A stretch of DNA of 64,000 nt, from IMG/VR virus record IMGVR_UViG_3300031867_000001, positions 64,001 to 128,000 of that record. The stretch is one strand, 5' to 3'. The notes below the pieces were generated by a model that was given only the letters and a program-made list of their open reading frames with translations, made no database searches and was not told where the DNA came from. The stretch is from a virus. Its lineage: Duplodnaviria > Caudoviricetes. The number at the start of each line of letters is the position of its first letter. Position 1 is the first letter of the stretch. The position numbers and the translations under genes were made by a program. This document shows, in pieces, positions 1 to 9,709 of this stretch.

Positions 1-2
1 AA

Positions 3-848
3 GAGTTCATCGATGATGCATGTATGCATCCGGATAAGTATCTGATCTCTTCAGAGGAATTAAGTGAAGAGATTGTGAAAAAGCTTGTCAGTGAGTACGG
101 CAGAATCACAGTAACCACTGAAGAAATCAACAACGATCGCACCAGACTTTGCGAGGATCCTGTATGGAATAGCTTCCTCGAAACCTCGTCCACGAAAATG
201 TGGAAAACCTACCCATTCAATTTAATCGCATTGATATTCGGTTTCACAAAGGAAGAGATGACAAACAGCGGATACATTAACGTTGACAGCACAGTTCAGA
301 AGGAACTCGCTATCATGTGGGTTAATGGAGTCATCAAAACATGTCAAATTGCTGAAAAGCGATTCGATATCGTAGAAATGCGTTATCAGCAGCACTTGTC
401 GTTGGTTGATATTGGTAATAAATACCATATTACCACGAATAGAGTCAGACAACTTCTGGCTAAATTCCTCCGGCAGATGAGACATCCCACAAGATCCAGA
501 AAGCTTCGCGTTATAACCGAGGCATTGTTTAATACCAATGGTGAGGTTAACTTTTCAGATATAATCACGAAGTATGAACGTAAAATGACGGAGAAGGAAA
601 TTGCACGCGATCTTGCTGCAAAGAACGGCAATGTGTCGCTTGATGACATCACGATCGAAGAACTGAATTTCTCGGTTCGGACATTTAATTGTTTGAAGCG
701 TGCTGGTATCAATAATGTGGAAGAACTTGTTGATGCCATAACGAAGAAAACTGAAACAGGGTTTTTGTGCGATATTAGGAATCTCGGCAAGAAGTCCTAT
801 GGCGATATTTGTGACAAACTCACATCGATGGGGTTCTTAAAGGAATAA
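3..848 (+). CDS. Sigma70 region-4 HTH + RNA polymerase alpha-CTD fusion protein (probably 5'-truncated by window)
   Basis: SLVDIGNKYHITTNRVRQLLAKFLRQMRHPTRSRKLR matches RpoD region 4.2 ([22 protein letters not shown]); C-terminal IEELNFSVRTFNCLKRAGINNVEEL...IRNLGKKSYGDI matches alpha-CTD. Frame is open from position 3, upstream of ATG 24. Confidence 0.8.
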   Translation, partial: EFIDDACMHPDKYLISSEELSEEIVKKLVSEYGRITVTTEEINNDRTRLCEDPVWNSFLETSSTKMWKTYPFNLIALIFGFTKEEMTNSGYINVDSTVQKELAIMWVNGVIKTCQIAEKRFDIVEMRYQQHLSLVDIGNKYHITTNRVRQLLAKFLRQMRHPTRSRKLRVITEALFNTNGEVNFSDIITKYERKMTEKEIARDLAAKNGNVSLDDITIEELNFSVRTFNCLKRAGINNVEELVDAITKKTETGFLCDIRNLGKKSYGDICDKLTSMGFLKE

Positions 849-856
849 ATTACAAG

Positions 857-890
857 TGCTTGGGTGGTGCCATGTGGCACCACTCGAGTA
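857..890 (+). terminator. GC-rich stem-loop between genes
   Basis: TGCTTGGGTGGTGCC-ATGT-GGCACCACTCGAGTA, G.U pairs on + strand. Confidence 0.55.
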
Positions 891-905
891 ATAGGAGGTA
901 TTTAA

Positions 906-2603
906 ATGAGAAAGAACACTTACAAATTTGATCGTGAGACTTATATGTCTTCGAAGAGTTACAAGATCTCTGATAAAATCTTGAAGATCCCTCAGTGGAT
1001 TCTCATGACAGTTGCAATTGCACTGTCAATTGTGTATGGACTGATGATCACTAAATGCTCGGAAGTAATCAAGTCCGTCACTGAGGGTAATACCGATCTC
1101 ATCAATGTGTTGGCAGTCTATGTCGTTGTTAACATCGGTATGGCGGTTCTTTCATTCTTCTCCAATAACGCGTTAAAAGCATGGAGATTGAATGAAATCA
1201 ACAAGCAATTCCTTCGTAAGTATGATAAGATTTTCGATTCAAGAACGCAGGACATCACCGCTGTTGGTCCTGCGAAGATTGAGTCGACAGTCAATCAGAT
1301 TGCCGGATACAAGAGTGACATCAAGTCGCAGGTATCCGGTATCATTGAGGTGATTGTTCCATTCGGAGTGACCATGTGGAAGGTCATGGAACAGAACCTC
1401 ATTGCAGGATTCGCAATGCTGTTATTGATGGGAGGAACACTGTTTCTGTCGATTAATGGCGACAACATTTTTCACTTCAATGAGAAATCATCTCAGATGA
1501 AGGGAGAGATGAAGTCAATATCCGTTAACAACTTCGTCGTTGTTCGTATGCTCAAGTACATGGGTGCAAAAGAGTATGCGAACTACAGACAGAAGCGTTG
1601 TCAGGATGATGCTACGCCAGCTTTCTTGAACGTGTCAAGAAGATTCTATGACACATGCATGGACGTCCTGTACAACTCGCCCATACTCATTGCATTGGGT
1701 GTTGCGGCATTCTCTAATAATCTCGGACTCGCTATCTTTGTCGCTATGAACGAGTGGACAATCCGGTCGATGATCGGATATGTTTCATCGATCACGGAAA
1801 CAAAATCCGAGATTGATGGACTTGAGAAAGTTCTTGAGACCCTCAAGGGAGATGACACTGACATTTCCGAGAAACCTGCAATGCCTAATAAAATGATCCT
1901 CAAGGATGTGGAATTTTACTATGCTTCCGACAAGGATCATCGGATGCCCTTTAGAATTCCATATTTTGAGATTGAGCAGGGCAAACGGTATAGATTCTCA
2001 GGGGCCTCTGGTCTCGGCAAGAGCTCGTACTTTAAGTTCTTCGCCGGTGAAATGGAAGCGAACAAGTCGTTTGATGTTCGCACATTTTACATTCACCAGA
2101 GAAGTGAACTGGTATATGGTACAGTGAGAGAGAATCTGACGCTTGGAAACAAGTGGGTTCCTGATCCTGTACTGGAAGAACTGATCGAAGAGGTCAGACT
2201 TGGTCAGTGGTTTAAGTCTTTGCCGAATGGTTTGGATACTGTTATCGGTAAGGATATTGAACCGTCTGGTGGTGAACAGTCTCGTATCTCGCTGTTAAGA
2301 CTGTTTGTACATCTGAGAAATTATGGACCTACGGGTTCTCACCCAATCACTGATGAAGTGATTATCCTGGATGAAGTAACATCTGCTCTGGACAAGCGTG
2401 ATGTATTCATCAAGGATGGTGAATTATCGACCGAAGAAGCAGTCATCAAGGTTATTGACAAGGAGACTAAGGGTTCGACGATGTTCGTGATTTCGCACGA
2501 AGATGTGTCTTCGAATGCGTTTGGATTCAAGGACATCGTTGATGAGCAGATGGTAATTGACATTGATGAAGACGGAGGCAGAACGTTTCGTAAGATGATG
2601 TAA
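906..2603 (+). CDS. ABC exporter, fused transmembrane + ATPase domains
   Basis: N-terminal hydrophobic helices; Walker A GASGLGKS, Q-loop IHQ, signature PSGGEQ, Walker B/D-loop IILDEVTSALD, H-loop ISHE; SD AGGAGG. Confidence 0.9.
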   Translation: MRKNTYKFDRETYMSSKSYKISDKILKIPQWILMTVAIALSIVYGLMITKCSEVIKSVTEGNTDLINVLAVYVVVNIGMAVLSFFSNNALKAWRLNEINKQFLRKYDKIFDSRTQDITAVGPAKIESTVNQIAGYKSDIKSQVSGIIEVIVPFGVTMWKVMEQNLIAGFAMLLLMGGTLFLSINGDNIFHFNEKSSQMKGEMKSISVNNFVVVRMLKYMGAKEYANYRQKRCQDDATPAFLNVSRRFYDTCMDVLYNSPILIALGVAAFSNNLGLAIFVAMNEWTIRSMIGYVSSITETKSEIDGLEKVLETLKGDDTDISEKPAMPNKMILKDVEFYYASDKDHRMPFRIPYFEIEQGKRYRFSGASGLGKSSYFKFFAGEMEANKSFDVRTFYIHQRSELVYGTVRENLTLGNKWVPDPVLEELIEEVRLGQWFKSLPNGLDTVIGKDIEPSGGEQSRISLLRLFVHLRNYGPTGSHPITDEVIILDEVTSALDKRDVFIKDGELSTEEAVIKVIDKETKGSTMFVISHEDVSSNAFGFKDIVDEQMVIDIDEDGGRTFRKMM

Positions 2604-2607
2604 ATGA

Positions 2608-2632
2608 ATGTGGGGGCATTCAGCCCCCACAT
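2608..2632 (+). terminator. Stem-loop after ABC gene
   Basis: ATGTGGGGGC-ATTCA-GCCCCCACAT followed by CTTATTTT. Confidence 0.7.
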
Positions 2633-2634
2633 CT

Positions 2635-2889
2635 TATTTTGTGTAATTCCATAATCACTGAAAAATCAATGAGGTGAAAATCCCCATAGAAAGGAGTGGT
2701 ATTTTGCCATGAATGAACTTGGTGAAATCTACGTTCCGGATACTTCCGGACAAGAAATTATTTGCGGTTAAACCGTAAATGAATGACATCGCCCGTGTAA
2801 TAACAGTACACGAAGCATACCAAACCTTAGGCAAGTTTGTGACCGAACATAAGCAAACGCATTTCAGTGATTATGAAATTACATAAATA
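2635..2889 (+). ncRNA. Structured micro-peptide RNA element, copy A (divergent)
   Basis: Closing stem TGTAATTCCATAATCACTGAAA (2642-2663) / TTTCAGTGATTATGAAATTACA (2862-2883); internal hairpin, SD, micro-ORF and stop-codon hairpin as in copies B-D. Confidence 0.7.
2709..2771 (+). CDS. 20-aa micro-peptide MNELGEIYVPDTSGQEIICG
   Basis: SD AAAGGAG upstream; paralogous to three other micro-ORFs. Confidence 0.75.
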   Translation: MNELGEIYVPDTSGQEIICG

Positions 2890-2971
2890 GTCAACAAATT
2901 TATGTATATTATAGACTGGGGCTTGTGTATATGAGCCCCATAAACCTATTTCCAATAAGGAGGAATTTATT

Positions 2972-3430
2972 ATGACACGTAAAGAAATGATTAAGATGAT
3001 CATGAGACATGGTTTCCCATACATCATCGCTGCAGCTTTTACAGAGATGCATATTCGTTATGGATATGCGCTTCCATATGTAGGAAGACCCGAATCAGAA
3101 GAACTTGACGAGGATATGTCCGTACTCGGTCACGTACCGATCGAGCATATTTCGTTCAATGGCAATCATCCAGATTTCGGGGATTGCACTTTCATTTTAC
3201 AGAAGTACAAAAGACGTGAGTATCGCAACAATAAAAGAACATACTACCGCATGTTCATACTCAAGGATGGAGAAGTGTGGGACGAACGTGGTCCTTTTGC
3301 AGAGCGCGAACTCTATTCGGACATTATTCTCGGAACTGATTTAATGGACAGATTCATGCAGTCGGATAATAGTTATAATACCGGACTGAAGATCTCTAAT
3401 CCTGTTGCTGAGATTAAGCATGTTTGTTAA
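2972..3430 (+). CDS. Hypothetical protein
   Basis: 152 aa ORF, SD AAGGAGG, preceded by AT-rich promoter-like motif and 5' hairpin. Confidence 0.75.
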   Translation: MTRKEMIKMIMRHGFPYIIAAAFTEMHIRYGYALPYVGRPESEELDEDMSVLGHVPIEHISFNGNHPDFGDCTFILQKYKRREYRNNKRTYYRMFILKDGEVWDERGPFAERELYSDIILGTDLMDRFMQSDNSYNTGLKISNPVAEIKHVC

Positions 3431-3442
3431 ACACATTATAAC

Positions 3443-3464
3443 GTCCCCCGCATAAGCGGGGGAC
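3443..3464 (+). terminator. GC stem-loop
   Basis: GTCCCCCGC-ATAA-GCGGGGGAC. Confidence 0.6.
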
Positions 3465-3477
3465 TCGTATATGTGGT

Positions 3478-3690
3478 TTTATGTATATTGACAAGTGCCA
3501 TGAAATTGACGGAGTGGAATTCTCCGTGTGAAAGGAGATGATAACATGGAGGAAGTTTATATCCCCGATACAGAAGGTTGTATCATCATTTGCGAATAAT
3601 CGTGAATGATTAAAAAAATAAACGGAAGCGGTTGCGGCTTCCGTGTCCGAAACACACAAACGTATCATGGCACTTGTCAATGTATATAAA
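3478..3690 (+). ncRNA. Structured micro-peptide RNA element, copy B
   Basis: 26-bp closing stem 3478-3503/3665-3690 with 2 G.U pairs; hairpin ACGGAG-TGGAATT-CTCCGT 3509-3527; 3' hairpin ACGGAAGC...GCTTCCGT. Confidence 0.8.
3546..3599 (+). CDS. 17-aa micro-peptide MEEVYIPDTEGCIIICE
   Basis: SD AAAGGAG; paralog family with synonymous codon variation. Confidence 0.8.
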   Translation: MEEVYIPDTEGCIIICE

Positions 3691-3748
3691 CGGAAGTGTG
3701 TTATATATCATTGTGTTCATAACACACAATCCGTTTATTTTTTCTCTA

Positions 3749-5080
3749 TTAACCAAGTTCCGCCAGAGCTTGGTTGATATCAAATGGTTTGATTGTACCC
3801 GCGACATCTAATGCTGGTGAGATGTACTTCTCAAGCTCTTCTTTCGCAACTGTTAAGAATGCTTTTGCAGTTTCAGGATTCTTTGCAAAGTCTTCGTATA
3901 TTTTCTTCCACGTAAACTTCTCGGAGATCTCTTCACCCTTTTCGTTAAGCACCTTGAAACCTGCCTTGTTACCCTTGAGACGACCCTTACTGTTCAACAA
4001 CAGTACGAGTGTTCGAATATTGTCAACACCATTCTTAGTCTTGTCAATAACGATTCTGAAACCAAGTCCGGTTTTATTATTACCAGACTGATTGGTGGAA
4101 AGTTTCGTGGGCTCATACAAAATTGTATTCCCATTGAAACCGTCTTGAGCTTCATAATAACGCGAGTCTTCTTTGATTTCACCTGTAAATGACATAACAG
4201 AAGAAGCATTATATTCAACTGATTTACCACCGCTGATCTTAATATCGTGGGATCCATATTGGAATTGCTTCTTCGGTCCAGAGAATGCATTCATTGCAAC
4301 ATTTGCATTCTCATGTGCGATTGTGATAAAGATGATATTAGCTTCTTTCAACATTGGAAGAATGTCGCATAATACACCTTTAAGTGTTTTAGCATTCTGC
4401 ATACCATCTGTATTGGAACGCATTTCCTTTTGTTTATCCCATTCTTTTGCATCACGAATCTCATATTCCTTTGAGATTACATCACTCAAGGAATCAAGGA
4501 ATAGAATCGTTGGTGGCATCAGCTTGATCGGTTCATTGTTACAATCAACAACACCTGTATCCTTTAACAGAATATCTTTATAACGCATCTTGTTCTCGTA
4601 GATTTCTGTTACGATTGTTTGTAATGTATCATAACCAATCGCACCACTCCTCAAAGCATAACGTGGAGAATCACCATTGAACCAATTGTCAGGTAATCCA
4701 GTCATATTCTTAAGACGCTGAATGACAAGTCTGTTTTCAGCATCAAGATGAATGACATTACCACCATTTGCAGATGCGATATTTGCAGCCATAATCATTG
4801 CAATTGTTGTTTTGAAAGACTGTGTTGGTCCAGTCACAACATTGAATGTACCGGCTTGAATACCAAGACACAACCGTTTGCCAATCAACTTACCATCTTT
4901 GTCTTTGATATTGACTTCATATCCAAGTGAATAGTCGATTACAGAAATACCTGTAGGATATGAATAATCAACAAGTGTATTTTTTGAAAATACAGAAGAC
5001 TGACCATTGTTCGACAGAATCGTCATTAAGTCAGCATCTTTCATTTCTTCATTCAAAACTGATTGTTTCTTATTAGCCAT
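3749..5080 (-). CDS. RecA/UvsX-like recombinase (jumbo-phage type)
   Basis: PTGISVIDYSLG, Walker A GPTQSFKTT, HLDAE, Walker B LFLDS, SGGKSVEYNAS. Confidence 0.85.
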   Translation of the reverse strand: MANKKQSVLNEEMKDADLMTILSNNGQSSVFSKNTLVDYSYPTGISVIDYSLGYEVNIKDKDGKLIGKRLCLGIQAGTFNVVTGPTQSFKTTIAMIMAANIASANGGNVIHLDAENRLVIQRLKNMTGLPDNWFNGDSPRYALRSGAIGYDTLQTIVTEIYENKMRYKDILLKDTGVVDCNNEPIKLMPPTILFLDSLSDVISKEYEIRDAKEWDKQKEMRSNTDGMQNAKTLKGVLCDILPMLKEANIIFITIAHENANVAMNAFSGPKKQFQYGSHDIKISGGKSVEYNASSVMSFTGEIKEDSRYYEAQDGFNGNTILYEPTKLSTNQSGNNKTGLGFRIVIDKTKNGVDNIRTLVLLLNSKGRLKGNKAGFKVLNEKGEEISEKFTWKKIYEDFAKNPETAKAFLTVAKEELEKYISPALDVAGTIKPFDINQALAELG

Positions 5081-5140
5081 TGTAATATACCTCTCCTTTA
5101 TGAAAATATTATTGGGTGTCCCATTTGAATCATATACATA

Positions 5141-5956
5141 TCAACTTTCATAAAGTTCTTTCAGCATTACTTCACGATTACGTTTAATTGCGTTACCAAG
5201 TCCGCAACTCATCTTACCCTCAGGACACTTGCCATTGATACAAGATGGTCCAGCATGTTTGAACAATGTTGGTGATACTTCCATACACTGTTTCCACATC
5301 TCCCATGCAACAGCACGAATCTCCCACTGTGCACGGTTGCACATACGATGTTTGAAGAAGTTATATAATGAACGAATATTCATTGTAACAAAGATCTTGG
5401 TTTCACATGCATTGGGCAATACATAACGTGCATCTTCATTTGCACTCTTCTTTGCTTTATTACGTAACTCCTTCTTGGTATTTTCAGAAATCATTGGTGT
5501 ACCATCTGGATTTGTTGTATATGTATCAATGTAATGATGATAATGCTTCATGGTTAAAGCATTCACCAACTTATCATATTCTTTTTGAACATTCGCCATG
5601 AATTCATCATACTCACTCTTCAATTCAGCATCTCCATAAATTGCGGGTGGAATGATGTAATTGAATTGTTCCATATTGACATATCTCTGGGACTGCTGTG
5701 AATATGATGCGATTCTGTGACGGACTAACTGGTGACTACAGCTACGTGAGATTCCTTCAATGGCGAATGTGAATGAAACATGTTCAACTGGGGACTCATG
5801 TCCAATCTCCATTAACATTTCCAAAAAAGAATGAATCTTTTCATCTGTTAAAGATTCTTGTAAGTCATCAATAGATGATGCGGAATAACATAACTTTGCC
5901 GCAGTTGCAATCACCTTTTCCGGTTCAGGTGTATGTGTAATTAGTTTAACCTTCAT
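5141..5956 (-). CDS. thyX: FAD-dependent thymidylate synthase
   Basis: GHESPVEH, ThyX motif [30 protein letters not shown]; start MKVKLI at 5956 with SD AAGGAGG. Confidence 0.95.
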   Translation of the reverse strand: MKVKLITHTPEPEKVIATAAKLCYSASSIDDLQESLTDEKIHSFLEMLMEIGHESPVEHVSFTFAIEGISRSCSHQLVRHRIASYSQQSQRYVNMEQFNYIIPPAIYGDAELKSEYDEFMANVQKEYDKLVNALTMKHYHHYIDTYTTNPDGTPMISENTKKELRNKAKKSANEDARYVLPNACETKIFVTMNIRSLYNFFKHRMCNRAQWEIRAVAWEMWKQCMEVSPTLFKHAGPSCINGKCPEGKMSCGLGNAIKRNREVMLKELYES

Positions 5957-6473
5957 TTGTGTGATCCTCCTTGTCGGTATCATCAGTTCTCATAATATCT
6001 TCCAATTCAGTTGTTAATGGTGTATGACCATCACTGATGGTGTATGGAGATGTTGAATCTGTATTAACCGTTATGAATGCATGTGGATATCCATTAATCT
6101 CATCCAGTATGTGTTTTGTTTCTTTCACAACACCAGTTGCTTGTTTACACTTTTCAGTCTCTGAATACAATGCAGTTGTGAATGATATGGGATTACACTT
6201 ATCAGCAGATATTACACAATCATCAAATGTGATTGTCAATGGACCAGTGATTGTAAGTTTGCCGTCTAAATAGTCTTGTACACGAACCGAGTGTTTAAAT
6301 CCATCATATCTTCGGAAAATAGCATTACCAGTTACTCGATCTATTTCAATAAACAATTCATATGACGGTTCATCGATATCTTCATATTGAAGCTTATACG
6401 GATAACCCGTCTTGAATAAAGACTCATCAAACACGTATGTTTGTTTTACAAAAAATTTATCCACGAGAAACAC
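5946..6473 (-). CDS. Hypothetical protein
   Basis: 175 aa ORF in operon with SD. Confidence 0.65.
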   Translation of the reverse strand: MFLVDKFFVKQTYVFDESLFKTGYPYKLQYEDIDEPSYELFIEIDRVTGNAIFRRYDGFKHSVRVQDYLDGKLTITGPLTITFDDCVISADKCNPISFTTALYSETEKCKQATGVVKETKHILDEINGYPHAFITVNTDSTSPYTISDGHTPLTTELEDIMRTDDTDKEDHTNEG

Positions 6474-6558
6474 TCCTTTTATATGAAAAATGTATCAGAT
6501 TGTTTTGATGGTTTGATGATATATGCGGTCGGGGGATAATCCCCCGACCACGCTATTA

Positions 6559-6837
6559 TCATTTCTCTTTCTTTTGTACAATGTTCTTCAGCGTGACATA
6601 TTCGTCATACCGAAGATCATAGAAACTCATGGTTGTGTCATTGGTAAATTGCAAATCAATTGCATAATAGATTCTCGAGGTATTCACATCAAGAATCACA
6701 ATTGGTCTTTTTGCATTTTCAACATTTGTAGCAATGACAGATAGTACGATGGCGAACCCAATCAGAAGTGCAATACAAATGCCGTATATCTCTGATGGTG
6801 TTAATATACACCATTTTTGTTTTAATTTCATTACCAA
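6559..6837 (-). CDS. Small membrane protein
   Basis: One hydrophobic segment IYGICIALLIGFAIVLSVIA. Confidence 0.6.
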   Translation of the reverse strand: MVMKLKQKWCILTPSEIYGICIALLIGFAIVLSVIATNVENAKRPIVILDVNTSRIYYAIDLQFTNDTTMSFYDLRYDEYVTLKNIVQKKEK

Positions 6838-6846
6838 TATCCCCTC

Positions 6847-7182
6847 TTAATTATCTAAATGATACTGTACTATGTTTACTCCATACAGTTCAACAATATC
6901 TTGTATGATCAATGCAGCTGGTACTGCGAACATTCGATCTGTTGCAACATCATAAAACAGGAAGATCTCATTGTCGACGATTTTGGCTAATACATAAGTA
7001 CCGTCCATCTTATCAACGCCCCAATACCGTTTTCTATTTTGATATTGTATTGGGATTAAACTTTTGATATGAAACTTATCACCGACGTCAGAAATCTCCA
7101 ATTTAACATTGATCATACCGGATTTGAACATATCATCTGCATAATACGTTCTGCCCCACATTTCAAACGATTTGTTTACCAT
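6847..7182 (-). CDS. Hypothetical protein
   Basis: Likely start MVNKSF at 7182 after purine-rich SD. Confidence 0.6.
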   Translation of the reverse strand: MVNKSFEMWGRTYYADDMFKSGMINVKLEISDVGDKFHIKSLIPIQYQNRKRYWGVDKMDGTYVLAKIVDNEIFLFYDVATDRMFAVPAALIIQDIVELYGVNIVQYHLDN

Positions 7183-7204
7183 TCCTTTTCCTCTTCTCAA
7201 TAAC

Positions 7205-7357
7205 TTACTTGTCAGACGAAACATCATTTGACAACTCTTCGATTTGTTGACGAATGTGTTCACGCATCTTTTCGTCATAGACTACCTTGCCGGTTTCAAC
7301 GGCACGTTCAAACTCTTTGATGTAACCGTCTTTGTCATTTGGATGGGGATCATACAT
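7205..7357 (-). CDS. 50-aa hypothetical protein (MYDPHPNDKDGYIKEFERAVETGK...), not in ORF track
   Basis: Translated by hand; SD GAAGGTG; fills operon gap. Confidence 0.6.
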   Translation of the reverse strand: MYDPHPNDKDGYIKEFERAVETGKVVYDEKMREHIRQQIEELSNDVSSDK

Positions 7358-7376
7358 AATTAACACCTTCTTTTCA

Positions 7377-7658
7377 TTATACTTTGAATTTGATATTGTG
7401 TGTATTCACAAATTGAACATCCGTTTTGTGTTCAAAACGATAACATTCCGAACCAACCAAATCCGGTGTCAATTTGATTTTACAATACAATCCGTCTTCA
7501 TCGGATGGAACTGCAAATACCAAAGACTTATTGTATTTTTGATATAATACAGCATTGTCGATATTCTCATTGGTGGATGTGATTCGATACGTCCATCCAA
7601 TGTTGAAATAACTTCTGTCGAATATCAATCCGGAAAACTTTGTGTCACGATGCATCAT
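7377..7658 (-). CDS. Hypothetical protein
   Basis: 93 aa ORF, SD AGGAGG. Confidence 0.6.
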   Translation of the reverse strand: MMHRDTKFSGLIFDRSYFNIGWTYRITSTNENIDNAVLYQKYNKSLVFAVPSDEDGLYCKIKLTPDLVGSECYRFEHKTDVQFVNTHNIKFKV

Positions 7659-7660
7659 TA

Positions 7661-7816
7661 TTACATACCTCCTATAATATCAGCAATTACGATGATTACT
7701 CCAAGAACAATCAGTATCTTCGGAATCAAACCAACAATGGCATTTGCTCGTTCTTTTAATAATCGATCTTCTTCTCTGTCATACTTCTCATTGAATGATT
7801 CGTCATTTTTGTCCAT
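7661..7816 (-). CDS. 51-aa C-terminally anchored membrane protein (MDKNDESFNEKYDREE...ILIVLGVIIVIADIIGGM), not in ORF track
   Basis: Translated by hand; SD GAGGAGG. Confidence 0.65.
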   Translation of the reverse strand: MDKNDESFNEKYDREEDRLLKERANAIVGLIPKILIVLGVIIVIADIIGGM

Positions 7817-7832
7817 TTATAATTCCTCCTCA

Positions 7833-8909
7833 TTATTTTTCATCATGTTTGATTTTTGCTTCATATGAATGTATTTCTTCTGATAAATCAACTTTGTATT
7901 TTTGATTGATGAAATCGATCAAACCAACAATTGGTTCTGTCACAGTTGCTTGTTGATCTGTTGTTTCATCAACCGTTGGCAATGTTACATCGGTTATATT
8001 CTCCAATGGAGTAACTTTGAACTTTACATTCTCATTTTGTTTTGCAATATCCATAATTGCATGATACGTCATTAAATCCGGTATGTCTGTTGGATTAATA
8101 ACGAATCGATGTGGTGTTGTAATGTCATTGGATAAAGCATCACGTAATTCTTCTGGATCGTGAATCTCAATTGTCTTAAACTCTTTCGCAACTGGATTCT
8201 TTACTTTGATCAAGTTGAAATTATCATCACACATCACGATGTACTTTGTTTCATCTTCACCATATCGGAATCGTAACATTGATCCAGCGTAATACACACC
8301 ATTCCCAAAATCGGTGTATTCATGATAATGTCCAAATACACACAATTTGGAAATGCTGCTTAATGTTTCAACCGAATGCATGATTTCTGTTCCATGTGAT
8401 GTTACAACATTCTTTGTTTGAGACGACATTGGTCCATGTCCACATATCAAATCATATGTCTCATTGAATGCTTCTGTATAATCAACATCACCATATTCTT
8501 GTGGTAAATATAGTAGACGTTTACCAGATGGAAGTGTTATCTGAATCCAGTTCTTGAAATACAGAATACGTTCATCATATACATCGGATTTGTTTGTGAA
8601 ATTTGCAAAGATGTTGAATTGATTTCGATCATGTGAATATGTTCCTTCAATGATATGTACAGGAACATGTGTTCCATTCACACCACATCCATTGTAGTAT
8701 AACTTTAATATGAATGAAGATGCAAATGTCATTTCATACACATTCAATGCATGATCAAATAAATCACCACATACAACAATCAATTCACATGTTTCATTAT
8801 GAATGATTGCTTGCTTCTTAAATGTATCAAGTGATACAATCAAAGAGTTATAGAAATCTTCATTTGGTAGTTTCACTCCAAGATGTACATCCGCTAAGAA
8901 TAATATCAT
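7833..8909 (-). CDS. SbcD/Mre11-like nuclease
   Basis: Metallophosphoesterase motifs ADVHLG, GDLFD, GTYSHD, GHG, GHYHE, YAGS. Confidence 0.85.
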   Translation of the reverse strand: MILFLADVHLGVKLPNEDFYNSLIVSLDTFKKQAIIHNETCELIVVCGDLFDHALNVYEMTFASSFILKLYYNGCGVNGTHVPVHIIEGTYSHDRNQFNIFANFTNKSDVYDERILYFKNWIQITLPSGKRLLYLPQEYGDVDYTEAFNETYDLICGHGPMSSQTKNVVTSHGTEIMHSVETLSSISKLCVFGHYHEYTDFGNGVYYAGSMLRFRYGEDETKYIVMCDDNFNLIKVKNPVAKEFKTIEIHDPEELRDALSNDITTPHRFVINPTDIPDLMTYHAIMDIAKQNENVKFKVTPLENITDVTLPTVDETTDQQATVTEPIVGLIDFINQKYKVDLSEEIHSYEAKIKHDEK

Positions 8910-8986
8910 ATAAAATACCTCCCTTCATATAACATTGTCACTATAATAATTGTATTATAACGGGGCTATACGCCCCGTTATATACG

Positions 8987-9709
8987 TTATTCGTCATCGT
9001 GATACGGATCGTCAATATACATTGATGGTTCTTGATATTGTTGATGGAATATGTCATCGATTGATTGTTCACCAAAATGTTGTTGATCAATCTTGATGAT
9101 TTTTGCATAACGTGGCTGTGCCAACATACATGTTTTCAAATTAACCGGTGTTTTACGACCACCCAACCATCCAATATCAATTTGATTTGTATATGGAATA
9201 ATGTACGTGTGATATCCATGTAAGTGTGCATGAATATTCAAGTCATATTTATTCTCAACAGGAACGTGTGTAAATATAATATGATTCCAAACAAATGAAT
9301 CCACGATATATCGGAATCCACATTCTTTGTAGAATGAATCTGGGAATAAATCATTATTACCACGAACCATGATCATTTTCTTACCAAAGTTCTGAATCAC
9401 TGCTTTCAATTCATCTTTATTTTGGAATTCTCCATCGACTAAATCCCCCATAAAGATGAATAAGTCTTCTGGTCCAATTCCATTCTTAAAGCTGTTGATA
9501 ACTGTAGTGAAATCAGAACGCTTATGACATTCAGGTTTATTCTTTTCATTTCTTAACCATAAATGCCAGTCGCATCCAAGCAGGACTTTGTGTCCTGCTT
9601 GAAGCGTATTATTAATCAACCGACTGATGTCGGTCGAGTGCTCTTTATCTGGATCTTTTAACTTCTCCATCAAGTTGTCTTCTTTACGACGTTGCTGATT
9701 GATGTTCAT
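8987..9709 (-). CDS. Calcineurin-like metallophosphoesterase
   Basis: DWH, GDLVD, GNND, THVP, NIHAHLH. Confidence 0.8.
   Translation of the reverse strand: MNINQQRRKEDNLMEKLKDPDKEHSTDISRLINNTLQAGHKVLLGCDWHLWLRNEKNKPECHKRSDFTTVINSFKNGIGPEDLFIFMGDLVDGEFQNKDELKAVIQNFGKKMIMVRGNNDLFPDSFYKECGFRYIVDSFVWNHIIFTHVPVENKYDLNIHAHLHGYHTYIIPYTNQIDIGWLGGRKTPVNLKTCMLAQPRYAKIIKIDQQHFGEQSIDDIFHQQYQEPSMYIDDPYHDDE

Noticed and set aside
3478-3690. Repeated element as tmRNA or tRNA-like RNA
   Set aside because: No GGGG 5' end, T-arm or CCA end; the ORF has its own SD and ATG, and the peptide lacks an Ala-Ala tag end.
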